A stretch of 6,201 nucleotides of DNA, taken from positions 1-6,201 of the forward strand of contig NW_021829763.1 in NCBI RefSeq assembly GCF_006345805.1, given 5' to 3'. The notes beneath the pieces are model-generated. The model saw only the letters and a program-made list of their open reading frames with translations, did not search any database and was not told the DNA's origin. This DNA comes from Octopus sinensis. Its lineage: Eukaryota. Positions within the stretch are counted from its first letter, which is position 1; every line of letters begins with the position of its first letter. This document shows, piece by piece, positions 6,138-6,201 of this stretch. The position numbers were made by a program, and so were the translations under genes.

Positions 6138-6140
<3 letters not shown>

Positions 6141-6201
6141 AACCGTATATGTAAATGAATACGTGCGCATGCGAGCATGTGTATATTTCTTTACAAATGT
6201 C

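Noticed and set aside
5059-6178. Cys/Val- and His/Thr-rich ORFs resembling metal-binding peptides
   Set aside because: They are translations of (GT)n/(CA)n/(TA)n microsatellites.

Overview
Non-coding, AT-rich eukaryotic DNA made almost entirely of interspersed repeats and microsatellites. I can support no protein-coding gene: the supplied ORFs are translations of microsatellites or SINEs. From memory, the repeats resemble octopus (coleoid cephalopod) tRNA-derived SINEs; this is not database-checked. The window holds three SINE families, which I label A, B and C. Family A appears to be one copy nested inside the internal microsatellite of another copy (1-816). Family C is one complete copy with a perfect 12-bp target-site duplication (TSD) at 2031-2313. 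Family B has about seven copies or fragments, including a head-to-head inverted pair at 2968-3396. There is also a 382-bp non-autonomous Helitron with intact termini (3431-3812, minus strand), long (TA)/(CA)/(GA)/(AAT) tracts and a few short unique islands. I see no convincing new multi-gene system; the most interesting signals concern mobile-element behaviour.
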